Shown: in pieces, positions 1 to 14,233 of the stretch
Numbering within the stretch: the stretch's first letter is position 1
How the letters are laid out: each line of letters begins with the position of its first letter
DNA from: the human T2T-CHM13v2.0 reference genome, Homo sapiens
Length of the DNA: 64,000 bases
NCBI RefSeq assembly: GCF_009914755.1
Contig: NC_060928.1
Reading direction: 5' to 3' (one strand)
Notes under the pieces: generated by a model
The model's input: only the letters and a program-made list of their open reading frames with translations
What the model was told of the DNA's origin: nothing
Database searches by the model: none
Program-made: the position numbers and the translations under genes

Positions 1-1448
1 AACTTCCTAGAGACATGTTGAATGGTTTTGTCTAAAATGCTGATGGTAATATGCACACAGATGGCAGGCTGATGAAGTCTTACATGGAGATGAGAAACTT
101 ATTGGGAACTTGAGTAGAGGTCACTTTTGTTATGCATCAGCAAAGAAATTGGAGGCATTGTGCCCTTGCCTTAGAGATCTGTGAAACTTAAACTCGAGAA
201 TGATGATTTAGGGTATCTGGAGGAAGAAATTTCTAAGCAGCAAAACATTCAAGATATGGCCTTGTTGTTTCTAACAATGTATGCTCATATGCATGAGCAA
301 ATAGATGCTCTGAAAGTGTATCTTATATTTAAAGGGGAAGCAGAGCATGAAAGCTTGGGAAATTTGCAGCCTGACCATATGGTAGAAAAGAAAAACCCAT
401 TTTCAAGGTAGGAAATCATGCTGACTGCAGAAACTTGAGTAAGTAAAAAGAAGCTGAATGTTAATAGTGAAGACAATGGGGAAAATGCCTCAAAGGCATT
501 CAGAGACCTTTGTGACAGCCCCTCCCATCACAGGTCCAGAAGCCTAGGAGGAAGAAATGGTTTCAAGGGTCTGGCCCTGGGCCCCACTGCCCTGCACAAC
601 CTTAGGACAGTGCTCCCTGTGTCCCACCCACTCCAGCTCATCATGGATAAAAGGCCCCCAGATAAGTCTAAGGCCACTGATCCTGAGGGTGAAAGCCATA
701 AGCCTTAGTGGCTTCCACATGGTGTTAAGCCTGCAGGTGCACAGAGGGTAAGAATTGAGGCTTGGGAGCCTAAGCTAGATTTCAAAGGATGTAATGGAAA
801 CACCTAGATGTCCAAGCAGAAGTCTGCTTCAGGGGCAGAGCCCTTATAGAAAACCTCTCCCCACAGAGTCCCCACTGGGGTATTGCCTAGTAGAGCTATG
901 AGAAAAGGGCTACTGTGCTCCAGACTCCAGAATGGTAGATCCACCATCAGTTTGCACTGTGCACCTAGAAAAGCCATAGGAACTCAATGCCAGCCCATGA
1001 AAGCAGCCAAGAGGGCTGTACCCTGCAGAGCCACAGAGGGTGAGATGTCCAAGGCCTTGGGGAACCCATCCCTCACCTCAGTGTGGCCTGGATGTGAGAC
1101 ATGGAGTCAAAGGAGATTATTTCGGAGCTTTAAGATTTAATGACTGCCCTGCTGGGCTTCAGACTGGCATGGGGCCTGTAGCCCCTTTGTTTTGGCTAAT
1201 TTCTCCCTTTTGGATCAGGAGTGTTTAGCCAATGCCTGTATTCCCATTGTAACTTGGAAGTAACTAATTTGTTTTTAATTTTACAGGCTCATAGGCAAAA
1301 GGGACTTGACTTATCTCAGATGAGATTTTGGATTGTGGACTTCTGAGTTAATGCTGAAATGAATTAAGACTGGGGGACTGTTTAGAAAGGATAGTTGTAT
1401 TTTGCAATGTGAGAAGGACATCAGATTTAGGAGGAACCAGGGGCAGAA
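1..1448 (+). mobile_element. MaLR internal region (MST-int/THE1-int type), running off the left edge of the window
   Basis: Colinear with the THE1 internal regions at 31568-33136 and 36316-37891 (e.g. 'aacttcctagagac..gttgaatgg', 'catggagtcaaaggaga'). Ends in a polypurine tract 'aggaggaaccaggggcagaa' directly before an LTR start. Confidence 0.92.
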
Positions 1449-1600
1449 TAATGTGGTTTGAATTTGTGTCCCACCCAAATCTCATGTCAAATTGTAATCC
1501 CTAATGTTGAAGGAGGGGCCTGGTGAGAGTTGATTTGATCATGGGGGTGGATTTCCCCCTTGCTGTTCTCATGATAGTGAGTTCTCATGAGATCTGATTA
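1449..1600 (+). mobile_element. MSTA-like 3' LTR, only the 5' part present
   Basis: 'taatgtggtttgaatttgtgtcccacccaaatctcatgtcaaattgtaatccctaatgttgaaggaggggcctgg' matches the MST LTR start. It breaks off at ~1600 into L1 sequence. Confidence 0.85.
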
Positions 1601-3212
1601 TTTGGCTTCACTGTCATATTCTATCAAACTTTCAATGAGGGAGTAACACCAATTCTCCTCAAAGGATTTTTTAAAATTTAAACAGAAGGGAATTCTCCCT
1701 AAATCATTTTATGTGGTTAGCATTACCCTGATACCAAAATCAGGCAAGGACATTAATTAAAAATAAACAAGAAAACTACAGGCCAATATTCTTTATGACC
1801 ATAGATGCAAAATTTCTCAATAAAATACTATCAAACTGGATAAAAAGACACATCAAAAAAAAATACACCATGATCAAGTGGATTTATGCCAGGGATTTAA
1901 CATATGCAAATCAATAAACATGATATATCACATCTACAGAATGAAGGATGAAAAACACGTGATCATCTTATTAGACACAGAAAAAGATTTGATAATATTC
2001 AATATCCCTTCATGATAAAACATCTTGATGAACTGAGCATTGATGAAAGATACCTCAAAATAACAAGCTCACACCTAATGTGATACTGAATGGGGAAAAG
2101 TTAGCAGCCTTTTCCCTAAGAACTGGAACAAGACAAGTGTGCTGACTTTCATCACTCTTATTCAAAATAGTAATAAAAGTCCTAGCCTAAACAATCAGCC
2201 ATGAGGAATTTAAAAAAGCATTCAAATTGGGGAAGCAGAAGATAAACTGTCTCCCTTTGCCTATGTTATTACCTTGTATCTAGAAAAACCTAAAGACTCC
2301 AGCAAAAAACTCTTGGATCTGATAAATGATTTCATCAAAGTTTGCAAGATACAAAACCAACATACAAAAACCAAAAATGTTTCTATACACCAATAATGAA
2401 CGAGCTGAGAATAAAAGCAAGAAAGCAATCTCATTTACAATAGCTACAAAAAAATACCTAAGAATTAATTTAACTAATGAGGTTTAGAAAGAATAACGAT
2501 AAAACAATGATTAAGGAAATTGAGGAGGACACGAACAAATGGAAAGAGATTTCATGTTCATGAATAAGAAGAATTAATATTGTTAAAATTACCACACTGC
2601 CCAAAACAATTTACACATTCAATATAATCCCTATCCAAATACCACGTTAACTTTCACAGAAATACAAAATACAATTCTAAAATTCATTTGGAACCAAAAA
2701 AGAGCTTGAATAGCCAAAGCAATCCTGAGAAAAATGAACAAAATCGGAGTAGTCACACGACATGACTTCAAATTATACTACAAGACTACAGTAACCAAAA
2801 AAGCACAGTATCAGTGGTTAAAAAAAAAAAAAAAACCACCACCAACAACAAAAAGACATAGATCAATGGAACAGAATTGAGGGTCTAAATATAAATCAAT
2901 GTATTTATAACAACTGATTTTTGACAAAGACACCAAGAACACACACTGGGGGAAATGACACTCTTTTTAGTAACTAGTGCTTGAAAAGTTGGATATCCAT
3001 ATCCAGAAGGATAAAACTGAACTCTTATTTCTCATAATATAAAAAAAAATCAACTAATGGTGGATTAAAGACTTAAACATGAGACCCACGACTATAAAAC
3101 TACTAGAAAAAAAAAAAAAACAGAAAAAACCCTTAGGACATTGATCTAGGCAAAGATTTTATGGCTAGGACCTAGAAAGCAGAGACAAGTAAAACAAAAA
3201 TAGACAAATGGG
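1601..3212 (+). mobile_element. Old LINE-1 ORF2 internal fragment (RT to C-terminal region), degenerate
   Basis: Typical ORF2 strings ('attaccctgataccaaaa', 'gaatagccaaagcaatcctgag', 'tggattaaagacttaaa'). Many stops and frameshifts; no 3' UTR or poly(A). Confidence 0.92.
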
Positions 3213-5617
3213 TTTGATCCTATAGCATCAAAAATAGGGAGTTATCAATGAAGAAAATACATTTAAGAACAATAGAGGAAAAAAAGAAAGGCAGTGATGA
3301 AACTACCCTGTAAAGTAACATTTCTTTTTGTTAATATAAAGAATATAACATTGCATTATTCTCCACAAATGTGCTAGCAAAATATCAAACCATTTGCTTT
3401 TCTAATGTATATAAGCAACTCATTGGCTAAGAAATATTTAATATGCTGAAGTACTGTTAGAATACTTGTGCAAAAACAAAAACCTCATCAAATTTAAGGC
3501 TTTAATACCCCTAGAGTCAATATCAACTTAATATCTGAATAAAATGCATTATTTTTGTAATATGTATAAAGTATATGCTATACATGCATACACAAAAAAC
3601 ACACACATATACTCTCAAAAAATATATATTTTTCACAACAGCATGGAGAAAATTCAAATTCTCCTGTGGATATTACCTTACATTTGTTTCAAATAAAATA
3701 GTCAAATTCAAATACCTTGTTAGTTAACATTTGTTATTAAAATATTTGTAACCATTTTATATTTATCGTTATTTTATTGCATTAGCTCAAGTTTTCTAAA
3801 ACCACATGCGTATACATAAGTATAATTTACTTCATTTGTCATAATAATACCATATTATATGAAATTGATATCTTTTAATTTTACAAGGACATGTATGCTA
3901 AATGAGTATAACTCAAGCTAGTATCTTGAAATATATATGTAATTTATTTTTCTGATTTTTTGACTTCACATAAATACAAATACTAATATTTACATATTCA
4001 TGTAGCATGCATGTATGTACATAGTGTGTTTTCCGTATATAGCATTTTATATAGATTGTGTTTTATGTATTCATGTAAGGCTAATGTCTTACAGTTAACA
4101 GATTTCTTTAAGCAAGCTAACTAATGTAATATGAGAATAAAATTTTGCTGTCTCTAAAATGCTAAAGTATTTGAAAATTAGTATAATATTTTTAGCTAGT
4201 GATGGAAAAATTTCCAGATGGTAAAAAATGTGAATGATAAAAATAGGCAAATTGAAATTAGAACTGTGATGGATTAATTTCCTCTTGGTTGTCGTTATGT
4301 TGTTTGTATCCATGCCAAATCCATGAGCCAATAGTCTCAAAACAACAGACAGGAAAGGAAAGAAAAATTTCCAGAGTGGTTTTCAATAACGTTTGCAATT
4401 TGAAAGTGAAAATAACTGTCCACAAAAAAATCTGGTTCTTTTGTTTAGTTTTTCAAAATGTATGTTTTAATTTTAAACACCCTTCTTTCCACATGCTTTT
4501 GAGTGTAAGTGCATACTAGATGATTACTAGAAAACAGTGCGGCCAAAGGTGGAGCCTTAGCTTTCCTGAGAAAATTTAACTTTCTCTGAGATGTATCTGT
4601 GTAACAAAGAATCCTCAATTAAAATAGGCCCACTATTTTTCCTTAAAAAGTAAAAATGAGTTTATCAGGCACTCATGAGACAAAATATGCAGGAATCAAG
4701 AAAAGTATAATTCTCCAAAATATGAGGTTAATTTTCCCATTGTCTTTTCCTGTCCAAAATTAATTTCTATTAATGAATGATAAGTTTCTACAATAGCTCA
4801 AGAAAAGTACTATGGTTTGCTGGCAAAATTCTTAGGTCTGAAAAAGGAACAGTGAAAGCTGATTTTAATTTCCCCATCCTACCACAACTATTTGACAGCT
4901 ACATGACTAATACTACCTATGGAAAAAGCCTTGGCATTTGTTGGACCCTTTTAGCTTATAGGAAAATAGCACCAAATATCACACTGATCACACATGCAGT
5001 AAAACATAAATCGATGGAAATGCTCCTGAATGGGATATTTGGACATCTTATGTTTTCAGGCTGCTAAAAAAATATAACTTCTTTATGTTGAATATTCATT
5101 ATTGATAATCCATTTTATTCTCATATTTGCCAAACATGTTTCAAACTACCCACAGATGTACCAAGGTTAAGGCTTCTGTAGCTAAATATCTCTGAGAAAT
5201 GGTTTAATAAACACACTAACCCGTGCCTTTGGCATAACATTCTCAAATATATTAATATGCTAATAAGAACCATCGGTCTCCACAAGGGCACCACACCATG
5301 TGGCTGTTCCAATGTAAAAGTGACTCACAAATCAACTAGAGTCCTCTTGTTTTTCAATTTCTAGGTAACGCGGCCCCAAAACATGAATTTTGGGGGGGGG
5401 GATTTTGAAAGTTAAATGCCTACTATCATTTTTTTAAAAGTTTCATTGCAGATTTGAGGCAGGTTAGAGAAATGAGAGAAATGACAGTGGCAAGTTTGGG
5501 GATCTTGAAACCTACTTAATTTTATAAGCACTCTCTAAGAAACAGTAACTAAAAAATTACTAACATTTAACAAGGCATAAAAGTTAATATTCACTTGAAA
5601 GGAAGAAAGAAATCATA

Positions 5618-5920
5618 GGACATGGATGAAGCTGGAAACCGTCATTCTCAGCAAACTAACACAGGAGGAGAAAACCAAACACTGCATGTTCTCACTCACA
5701 AGCGGGAGTTGAACAGTGAGAACACATGGACAGAGGGAGGGGAACATCACACACCGGAGCCTGTCGCAGGGTGGGGGGCAAGGGGAGGGATAGCATTAGG
5801 AGAAATATCTAATGTAGCTGACCGGTTGATGGGTGCAGCAAACCACCATGGCACGTGTATACCTATGTAAAAAACCTGCACGTTCTGCACATGTATCCCG
5901 GAACTTAAAGTACAATAAAA
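5618..5920 (+). mobile_element. L1PA (about PA7-PA8 type) 5'-truncated 3' end with target-site duplication
   Basis: ORF2 end 'ggacatggatgaagctggaaacc', G-rich 3' UTR, 'aataaaaaaa' tail. TSD aaagaaatcata (5606-5617) / aaaggaatcata (5921-5932). Confidence 0.95.
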
Positions 5921-7336
5921 AAAGGAATCATAACAAACAATGTTCATTTTAAAAGCTGATATATTCCACAAACATCACAACGCTTAGAAAATTAATACTT
6001 GCATTGTTTTTTATTATACATTTGTCACCATTTTTAGCAGCATACTCTTTGATAGTTTCTTTACATGACAACAATTTTGAAATAACTTCTGCAGTAAAAA
6101 TAAAAGTCTTCCGGCAGGGTTAATTAAAATTTTTTTTTGGAGGTTTAAAAAATTACTTTCAATTTAGCAAATTAGCCTTGATGATGCCATGCACATTTTT
6201 AGGATAATTGTCAAATCTGAGGAATTCTCTATGAAATTTCTTTCATATGTGAACTGTAATATTTACAGTATTTCAAGTTCAATTGTTTGTTGAACAATAT
6301 TAACTATTTCTTGAATTGATGATACTTATTGCCATTTTGTCTCCAGTGTCCTTATTGAGGTGACATAAGTTTATGTATACTATCTTTAATGATATCAAAA
6401 TTTTGGTTAATTTGATATTTTATTGTGTTAACTATGATTCATAATTCTACCTATGTGATCTATAATTCATTTTGGTTAATATTTATTAAAGTTTTAGGCT
6501 CTCAGCCTTGCTATCCATGTATCAACAAATGTTTTGTGTGTGAATTTGTAAATGCAAGTGATCTTTATTAGAAAATTTCAGGAAAAAAATCTTTAGAGAA
6601 TTAAGAAGGTAGGAAAAATGCTTTCTGCAACAGCAAGAAGAGATATTAATGCCACTTGGGGTTAAAAATTGAGACTAGAGAGTCTGTGTTGATTAATATT
6701 TATTGTTATGGCTTGTAGTACATAATCATTCATATAAAATGATCATGCTTGTTAATTGGTTGTCTTGTATAATAATTCTCAATTTGAAATATTTTATCAA
6801 TAAAGGCAGAAATATTGGCTTCTTTTATCTTAGTAAATGAATCTTTAAAATTTTATTTTATTTCCATTTGTGTATAAACACGAATAAATCATGATTCTGA
6901 TGAATTCCATATTTTAAAGGTATATTTATGGGATTGTTTTTCATTCACAGTCACAGATTTAACTTTTATTAATGTGGTCCTGTAATTTTTTTAGTTGATA
7001 TATTTATTTGAGATACTTTTGTTGATATTTACACATGACACAACACTGATCTATTTTTTTCAACATTTTAATTGTCAAGTTCTGGTTTCAGTGTCATAAA
7101 ATTTCAATAAAAATAAATTGGAAATTTTATTTTTCAAACATTTCAAAAAGTTTAAATAGCATTGCAGTTAGGCAGACATTATAGTATAGATAGAACTTTG
7201 GGCCTTGTGCTTGGTTTTGTTTTCTTGGGAGAGGAGAAGGTAATGTTAAATCCTTAATGAGTCTCTTCTGGGTCCTTGTACTGAGTTAGTCTCTTCTGGA
7301 GTTAATTTAATTTTTTTTTATTTGAAAACTACTTAT

Positions 7337-7606
7337 GGTCAGACTTGGTGGCTCACGCCTGTAATCCTAACACTTTCGGAGGCCGAGGTGGATCACTTGA
7401 GGTCAGGAGTTTGAGACCAGCCTGGCCAACATGGAAACCCCATCCCTACTATACAAAAATTAGCCAGGCATGGTGTTGGGCACGTATAATCCCAGCTACT
7501 CGGGAGGCTGAGGCAGGAGAATCGCTGGAACCCGGGGACGGAGGTTGCAGTGAGCCAAGATCATGCCACTTCACTCCAGCCTGGGCAAAAGAGCAAAAAA
7601 GTAAAA
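7337..7606 (+). mobile_element. AluS-type element with small internal deletions
   Basis: Both Alu arms present. Degenerate TSD gaaaactacttat (7324-7336) / gaaaactattcat (7607-7619). Confidence 0.95.
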
Positions 7607-7666
7607 GAAAACTATTCATTTCATCCACATTTTCAAATTTCAGTGGAAATAAGCAAATTATTCATA

Positions 7667-8100
7667 TTAGTCCTAGTCAGGAAAATATAAACTACTCCAG
7701 ACATTTTAAACAGAGGACATTTAATACAGGGAATTGGTTGCATAAGTGATAGAAAAGCTGAATGACTAAACAGAATACAATAAGGAACTCTCCAGAGAGC
7801 AATAGCATGAAGCTGCTTCCCTGGAGACACAGAGGAAACAGTTAATGTTACCGGAATCCCAAAGCCAGGGCTGTCAGGTGGAAACAAGAACCAAACAGAA
7901 GAGGCCTGGGATGAGCTAGAACCATGGAAACCGGGGCCTGATGAGTGAAAGTTAGAATCATTGAGAAGATGTAGATGTTTCCTTAGGCACTATCTGAATG
8001 AAGGATAAGAGAATATCCTGGATTGTCCTTGGTATTTTCCTAGGCAGAATATTCCCAGAAGAGAAAAACCAGGGAGAAGGAAAAATATAGCTCTCACTGA
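7667..8100 (-). mobile_element. Probable ancient LTR fragment (family uncertain)
   Basis: 'tcctagtcaggaaaa..aaactactccagacattttaaacagaggacatttaatacagggaattggtt' resembles the reverse-strand end of old mammalian LTRs. The right boundary is unclear. Confidence 0.45.
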
Positions 8101-8339
8101 TAAAGAACAAAACAAGGAAAGAGCAGGGAATGAATATAAGAATAATCAGGTGAATTTTTAATCTTCTGTTTCCCCACTACCTTCTCTTAATTTATACATA
8201 TGAACACAGAAATTTCACTCTATGTTCATGTGCAGGACAGCTAAACGATCTATTCATTAGCTTTTCTTCAAACACCCAGGCCGTTTCCATTTCTAGAACT
8301 GTGGTACAATAGACGCTGGACAAAACCTACTGTTTCAAA

Positions 8340-8830
8340 AATTTCACATACAATATGTGATTGCCTTCTGCAAATAGCTGCCAGCAGAGCCTAAGCCAGC
8401 ATCACTCTCTAACAGTGTACAGTATTTGATCAATAGACAAAGGATTCTACATATTACTACATGGAAACAAGAAAGCCACTTCACAAGAGAGGATGTGTGT
8501 CATTGGGCGAATTACCATGGGATTCAGTAGCTTATCACATACCATACCACTCAGGAGCTGCCAGCCTAATAGGTCAACTGAATGGCTTTTGGAAGGTGCA
8601 TTTGCTGTCTCAGTTTAGACATGATGCTCTGAGAGGTTTGGACCCACCCACAATGATACAGAATACATATCAACAAACACTATATGTTGTTGTGTGTCCA
8701 CCAACTATAAAACATGATACTTGGAGCCAAGAGATGAATATAAACATTCCCTTCTCATTATAAATTCACATTGCCTGCCTTAGGGAATTTGTTCTTCCCA
8801 TGTCCCCCACTTTAGGATCTGTACATGGTA
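8340..8830 (+). mobile_element. Ancient ERV-L/MaLR-related internal fragment containing an integrase core remnant
   Basis: From 8426 it translates LINRQRILHITTWKQESHFTREDVCHWANYHGIQ*, then after a frameshift YHIPYHSGAASLIGQLNGFWK. This matches ERV-L integrase 'LIHxHGIPHSIASDQGTHFT..V.QWAH.HGIHWSYHVPHHPEAAGLIERWNGLLK'. Confidence 0.8.
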
Positions 8831-9104
8831 TGTACTACCTAAGTGTTCATGGTTATTTTTATTTTATATTAATAATAGCTTATTATTTTGGCATTGTATG
8901 AAGACAAACTTAGATGAATGTTTTTCACTATAGACAAGAAAATATTCTAGAAAAAATTCATAATATAACAAAATCATAAAAATGCAATATTAAGAAATAT
9001 AACAACATATGAATGTATTTCTTATATAGTGACTAAGTCTTCATAATCTCCCATTTCTTACCCCCTACTTTGTCTTAAACAACTTTATCTAACTATGAAT
9101 TTCT

Positions 9105-9889
9105 AGCCTGTTTTTGGAAACAGAATTTAAGCAAAATGACATATAACAAAGCCAATCTTACCATAAGCTAATTGATATAAACAAGAGTTAAGTTGCTATG
9201 GAATATTTCTTTATAATAACACTGCCAAACTTCTAAATAAAGACCTGAATCATTCTTGATATTAAACACTGAAATAAATGTAAGCTACACATACATTTAG
9301 GAAAGATTAATAAGTACAAGTAAGATGATTATGTATCCAGGTGTTGGTGAATCAGTGAGTTACGGCGGTCACAGTGGTGGTGGGGTATATCAAGGAATAA
9401 ATGTTTGCAAAGGGAAAATTGTAAAGAACACTTCCTCCCACCACAGTTCAAAAACAAACTATCCAATATGGTAGGCTCCCTGAGTGCCTTCTTACCACAT
9501 TGTTTATTGTTTTCTGTTTGTATGAGTACGGCATACTTTACAAATTTCTATTTTGCAATAATGTGTATTTACTCATTTATTCATTTTTCAACCCATTTAT
9601 TCCAGTTCAGGGTCATGGGTGGCCAGAGCCTTTCCTAGCAGCTCAAGATAAAAGGTGGTAATCCCCTCCCATTGCAGGACACATCCACACTCACTCAGAC
9701 TGGGACCATTTAGACACACCAATGAACCTAACATGCACAGTGCTGGCACATGAGAGAAAACTGGAATACCTGGACAAAACCCACCCAAACATGGGGAGAA
9801 CATTCAACTCCACACAGACAGTGATCCAGGCCAGCAGGAAATGAACTTTTTTTTCATCAACATTATAACAAAACAATGTTATTTGAGGA
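9105..9889 (-). mobile_element. MER6 DNA transposon fossil (TcMar-Tigger)
   Basis: The reverse complement begins 'tcctcaaataacattgttttgttataatgttgatgaaaaaaaag..cactgtctgtgtggagttgaatgttctccccatg', the MER6 5' end. Length is ~0.8 kb. Confidence 0.85.
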
Positions 9890-10614
9890 AGGGCTATGCC
9901 CTTGGTAGCTATGAAAGTATCATTAGAAGTTAAGGACAATAGACACACTGGAACAGTTTGCATAGTTCAAATAGTTACTTCTATCTACCTTAACTTAGGA
10001 ATATGAGAATCCCTAAATATATATCTTGACTAAGAAGACACGTTTTCAAGAATATGACATGTTAAAAATTAGACTCTTAAGAAAAACACACCAAGGGTAG
10101 AAATGAGCAAATAAACTGCCATAGAATTATCTTTATCAATGCTAGTTATTGCAATGAAGGTTTTGTTCAAATATAGAAAGTATGTGGGAGGTTATAAAGA
10201 AAAATGTTTCACTAAGCCTTAAGGCTGTGTAGAGTTTATAAAAATTACAGCAATTTTCTAATATGAATAAGAAGAAAAAAGATGAGGAGGAAGTGGAAAA
10301 AAGCAAGTTTGTCTTCCAAAAGGTCAAATGACAAGTATCGATGCCAATTTAAAAACACTGACTGTTGTTTATACCTTAATACAAGCAAAATTTCAGACAT
10401 AAGACCAGATTCATATTTAAATTTAAAAATATATTTCTAATTCCTGTATGCTATTGATTGGCATGGAAAGGATTTATTGACTTAGGAAATGAGAATTTTT
10501 AAAAGTTGGTCTTCTGATAAGTTTAAAATTATACTACAATATCTTTCTAAATTTTACAACATGGTCAGCATTAAATATAATGCATTGCTTACAAAAATTT
10601 GTAATTCAAAATTC

Positions 10615-11016
10615 CAAAATCTCAGACTAACCATGAGAAAACACTAGACAAACTCAAATTCTACAAAATCCCTAACAATAACTCTTCTAAAACTATCAAC
10701 ATCATAAGGAACAAGGAAAACTAAGAAACTGTAATAGATTGGAGAAGACAAAGGAGATATTAAGACGAAATGTGTAAACACAGAATGTGTTATCCTAGAT
10801 TGTATCTTAGAATAGGAAAAGATAATTAGTAAAAAAATACTGACCAAACCCAAATAAAGTCTGTAGTTAATAGCACTGTACTACTATGAATTTCTTAGTT
10901 TTGATGTTATGTAACACGTTGACATTAGGGGAAGTTAGGTGAAAGGTACACAGGAACTCTCAATACTATCCTTGCCACTTTTCCGTAGATCTTAAGTTAT
11001 TCCAAAATACAAGTTT
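10615..11016 (+). mobile_element. Old L1M (L1MC/L1ME-type) 3' UTR fragment
   Basis: 'ggggaagttaggtgaaaggtacacaggaactctc..actatccttgccacttttccgtagatctta..ttattccaaaata' is a characteristic L1MC/ME 3' terminus. Confidence 0.8.
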
Positions 11017-11185
11017 GTTAAATTTTTATAAGACAATAATAAATTTAGTGGTTTTCTTTATAACGTATTTCCAGGTAACCTCTGTCACTCAGGACTAGGT
11101 ATTATTGTGGTTTCATGATTAAGGCATTTTATTCACAGTGAATTTTCACTATTGACACTGTTATGAGGATAACAATGAATATATA

Positions 11186-11219
11186 ACACACAGACAGACA
11201 CACACACACACACACACAC
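11186..11219. repeat. (CA)n microsatellite, interrupted by CAGA
   Basis: acacacagacagacacacacacacacacacacac. Confidence 0.95.
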
Positions 11220-11384
11220 TACATATCCTGAGTGATAAAGATAAATAACCTTTGTGCACAGAACAAAATAAACATTCTCAAGGACTTATAAAGTTCTTAA
11301 ATTTTATGATAATAATAATAATTATTACTATTATTACCCAACATTAATCAACATCACTGCAAACCTGGCATTAGTCTAGGCACT

Positions 11385-11700
11385 TTATTCACTGATTTAT
11401 TTAACAAATATTTAATGAGTTCCTACAACGTCCCTGACACTTTTCTAGACAGTAGAGATAATCAGTAAACAAAAAAGATAGCCTCTGTTATGAAACATAC
11501 ATGCTAGTAGGGAGACAGACAGTAAATAAACATATGACAAATTTATAAAGTAAAGCAATGGTAAGTATAATCAAGAAAAGTCAATCAGGGTGATAGGGAG
11601 CAGTAGCTTTTCAATGAAGGTGACATTGGAACAGAGACCTGAGTGAAGTGAGGTAACAAAATACAGAATATTTGAGGAAAAGATGTTCCAAACAGAGAAA
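11385..11700 (-). mobile_element. L2 3' end fragment
   Basis: 'ttattcactgatttatttaacaaatatttaatgagttcctac..gacacttttctagac..gggagacagacagtaaataa' is the reverse-strand L2 3' terminus. Confidence 0.75.
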
Positions 11701-13375
11701 TGATTATGTAATACAAGCTGGAAAAAAATATATAAAAACAACAATACTTATCATGATCTACGGTTGACAAATAAACAAATCACTGATCAAACATAATAGA
11801 GTTTTGAAGGTTAGTACCAAAGTAATTCATTATGGAAAATGCTTGCAAATGCTTCCACGAATTGAGAGCATTACTAAGGAAGGAAGGGTAGAGAGGTTTC
11901 TTATCTTACTATAAGTCCTTCTGAAATATTAGATGCTTTATTATGTGCCTATTTACTTTGTTAGAATTAAAACATTTTATCTAACTCTAAGTCTTCATTC
12001 AGTACTCCCATACATTTTATACATTAAAATTATCTTACTAAATTCATACCTAATGAGGATGGGGCCATGTCTGTATAAAACACCAAATTTTAAGAGTTAA
12101 GAATCCTTACTAGTAATTTTTCAGAGTTAGATATATGTGTTTTTCTATCTAATCTTCCTATTCCTCTTTGTTCTCTTTTTTTCTCTCTGATTCAATCATG
12201 AATATGCCCAGATCTTATATCGACTTCTTATTCTTAAATCCTACTTAGTCTCAACTCCCTTTGAAAGTCTTATATAATTTATAAATTTCTGACTGAAATT
12301 CTCAATCCTCATTGGAACTAACAAACATTAACCAAAACTTTAATTCTCAAACATATTGCCTGGCTAAGGGTTTTAGACAAGCTCTGAACATATTGTGAAT
12401 ATATCAAAATGCATATTTTCTTTCCTCTGTGTCAGTATTTTATAGAAGTCTCTTAAAGAGTCTGAAGGAGAACAGTTTGTAATAATCCATGCAAAATAAG
12501 AACAGGAAATATGATAATAAATTCTAAATATATTTAGCATGATTAATCTTTGTGAGTTGCACATGTACCATTTTCTACATAACTTTTTGAAAATAGTACT
12601 TGGGAGAAATTTGTCATAGGCTTTCAAAATTAATGTGTCAGGTTGTCATGAATAAATACTGAGATCTATGGAGCCAGTGCTTATTGTTTTGATTCTGCAT
12701 CAAAGGCATTTTCAAACTGCCTTAAAAAGAAAGCACATCTTTTGCAGAAGCTTTCCAATATTAATTGACAGCAGCACTGTGCTTAAATATTTGATTTTTT
12801 TTTCAAAAAATATATGAATAAGTTGAATTACTTCAGAACAAAAGCAAATAAAGTTAAATAACTTTTCATTACATTGAAAACTATGGGATGGAAAGAGTTT
12901 CTATTTTTTAATACTCCTTACATAAAATCCCTTAAATTTTTACTGCTTATTAAATAATATTCCTTAAATATTTATATTAATTACTCCTCTTTAGCTCTTT
13001 CCTAAAGTATACAATTAATATTGTATATTTATTCCCAGTTTTTCATGATCAAACTTAATCTCTTTATTTTAGTTAAGTTTGTGTCAGCTTTTGTTAATTG
13101 TTGTTCAAGTAAAACAATCAAATAGCAGAAAGAGAAATTTTTATTAAAGGGCAATTTATCCTCTTAGCAAAGCTAGTGTTTTCATTCTGTCATATCAAAA
13201 AGAAAGCTTTATTTTTAGCCATTTGGTGCAAAATTAATAATTTTGTTTTGTTTTTAACATTGGTCTTCATAAAAGCATGTTCAACTCATATAAAAATTAT
13301 TGGAGATTAGTACTTATACCACACATTATTTTTTAACAATATGAACTTAAATATAAATATATATGTACATAATCA

Positions 13376-13744
<369 letters not shown>

Positions 13745-13894
13745 TTATTTAAAGAATGCCTAAAATATAAAAATGTATTTAATAAAGATATTCATTTATT
13801 CATCAAATGTACATTATATGTCAAATATTGGCCAAGCATTATCCAATTTGCTACTGATTCAGTCAGCGAGGCTGAGCCCAGTGCTCACAATCTA

Positions 13895-14233
<339 letters not shown>

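Noticed and set aside
3290-3450. C/D-box snoRNA (GTGATGA at ~3294)
   Set aside because: There is no suitably placed D box with a terminal stem and no host gene.
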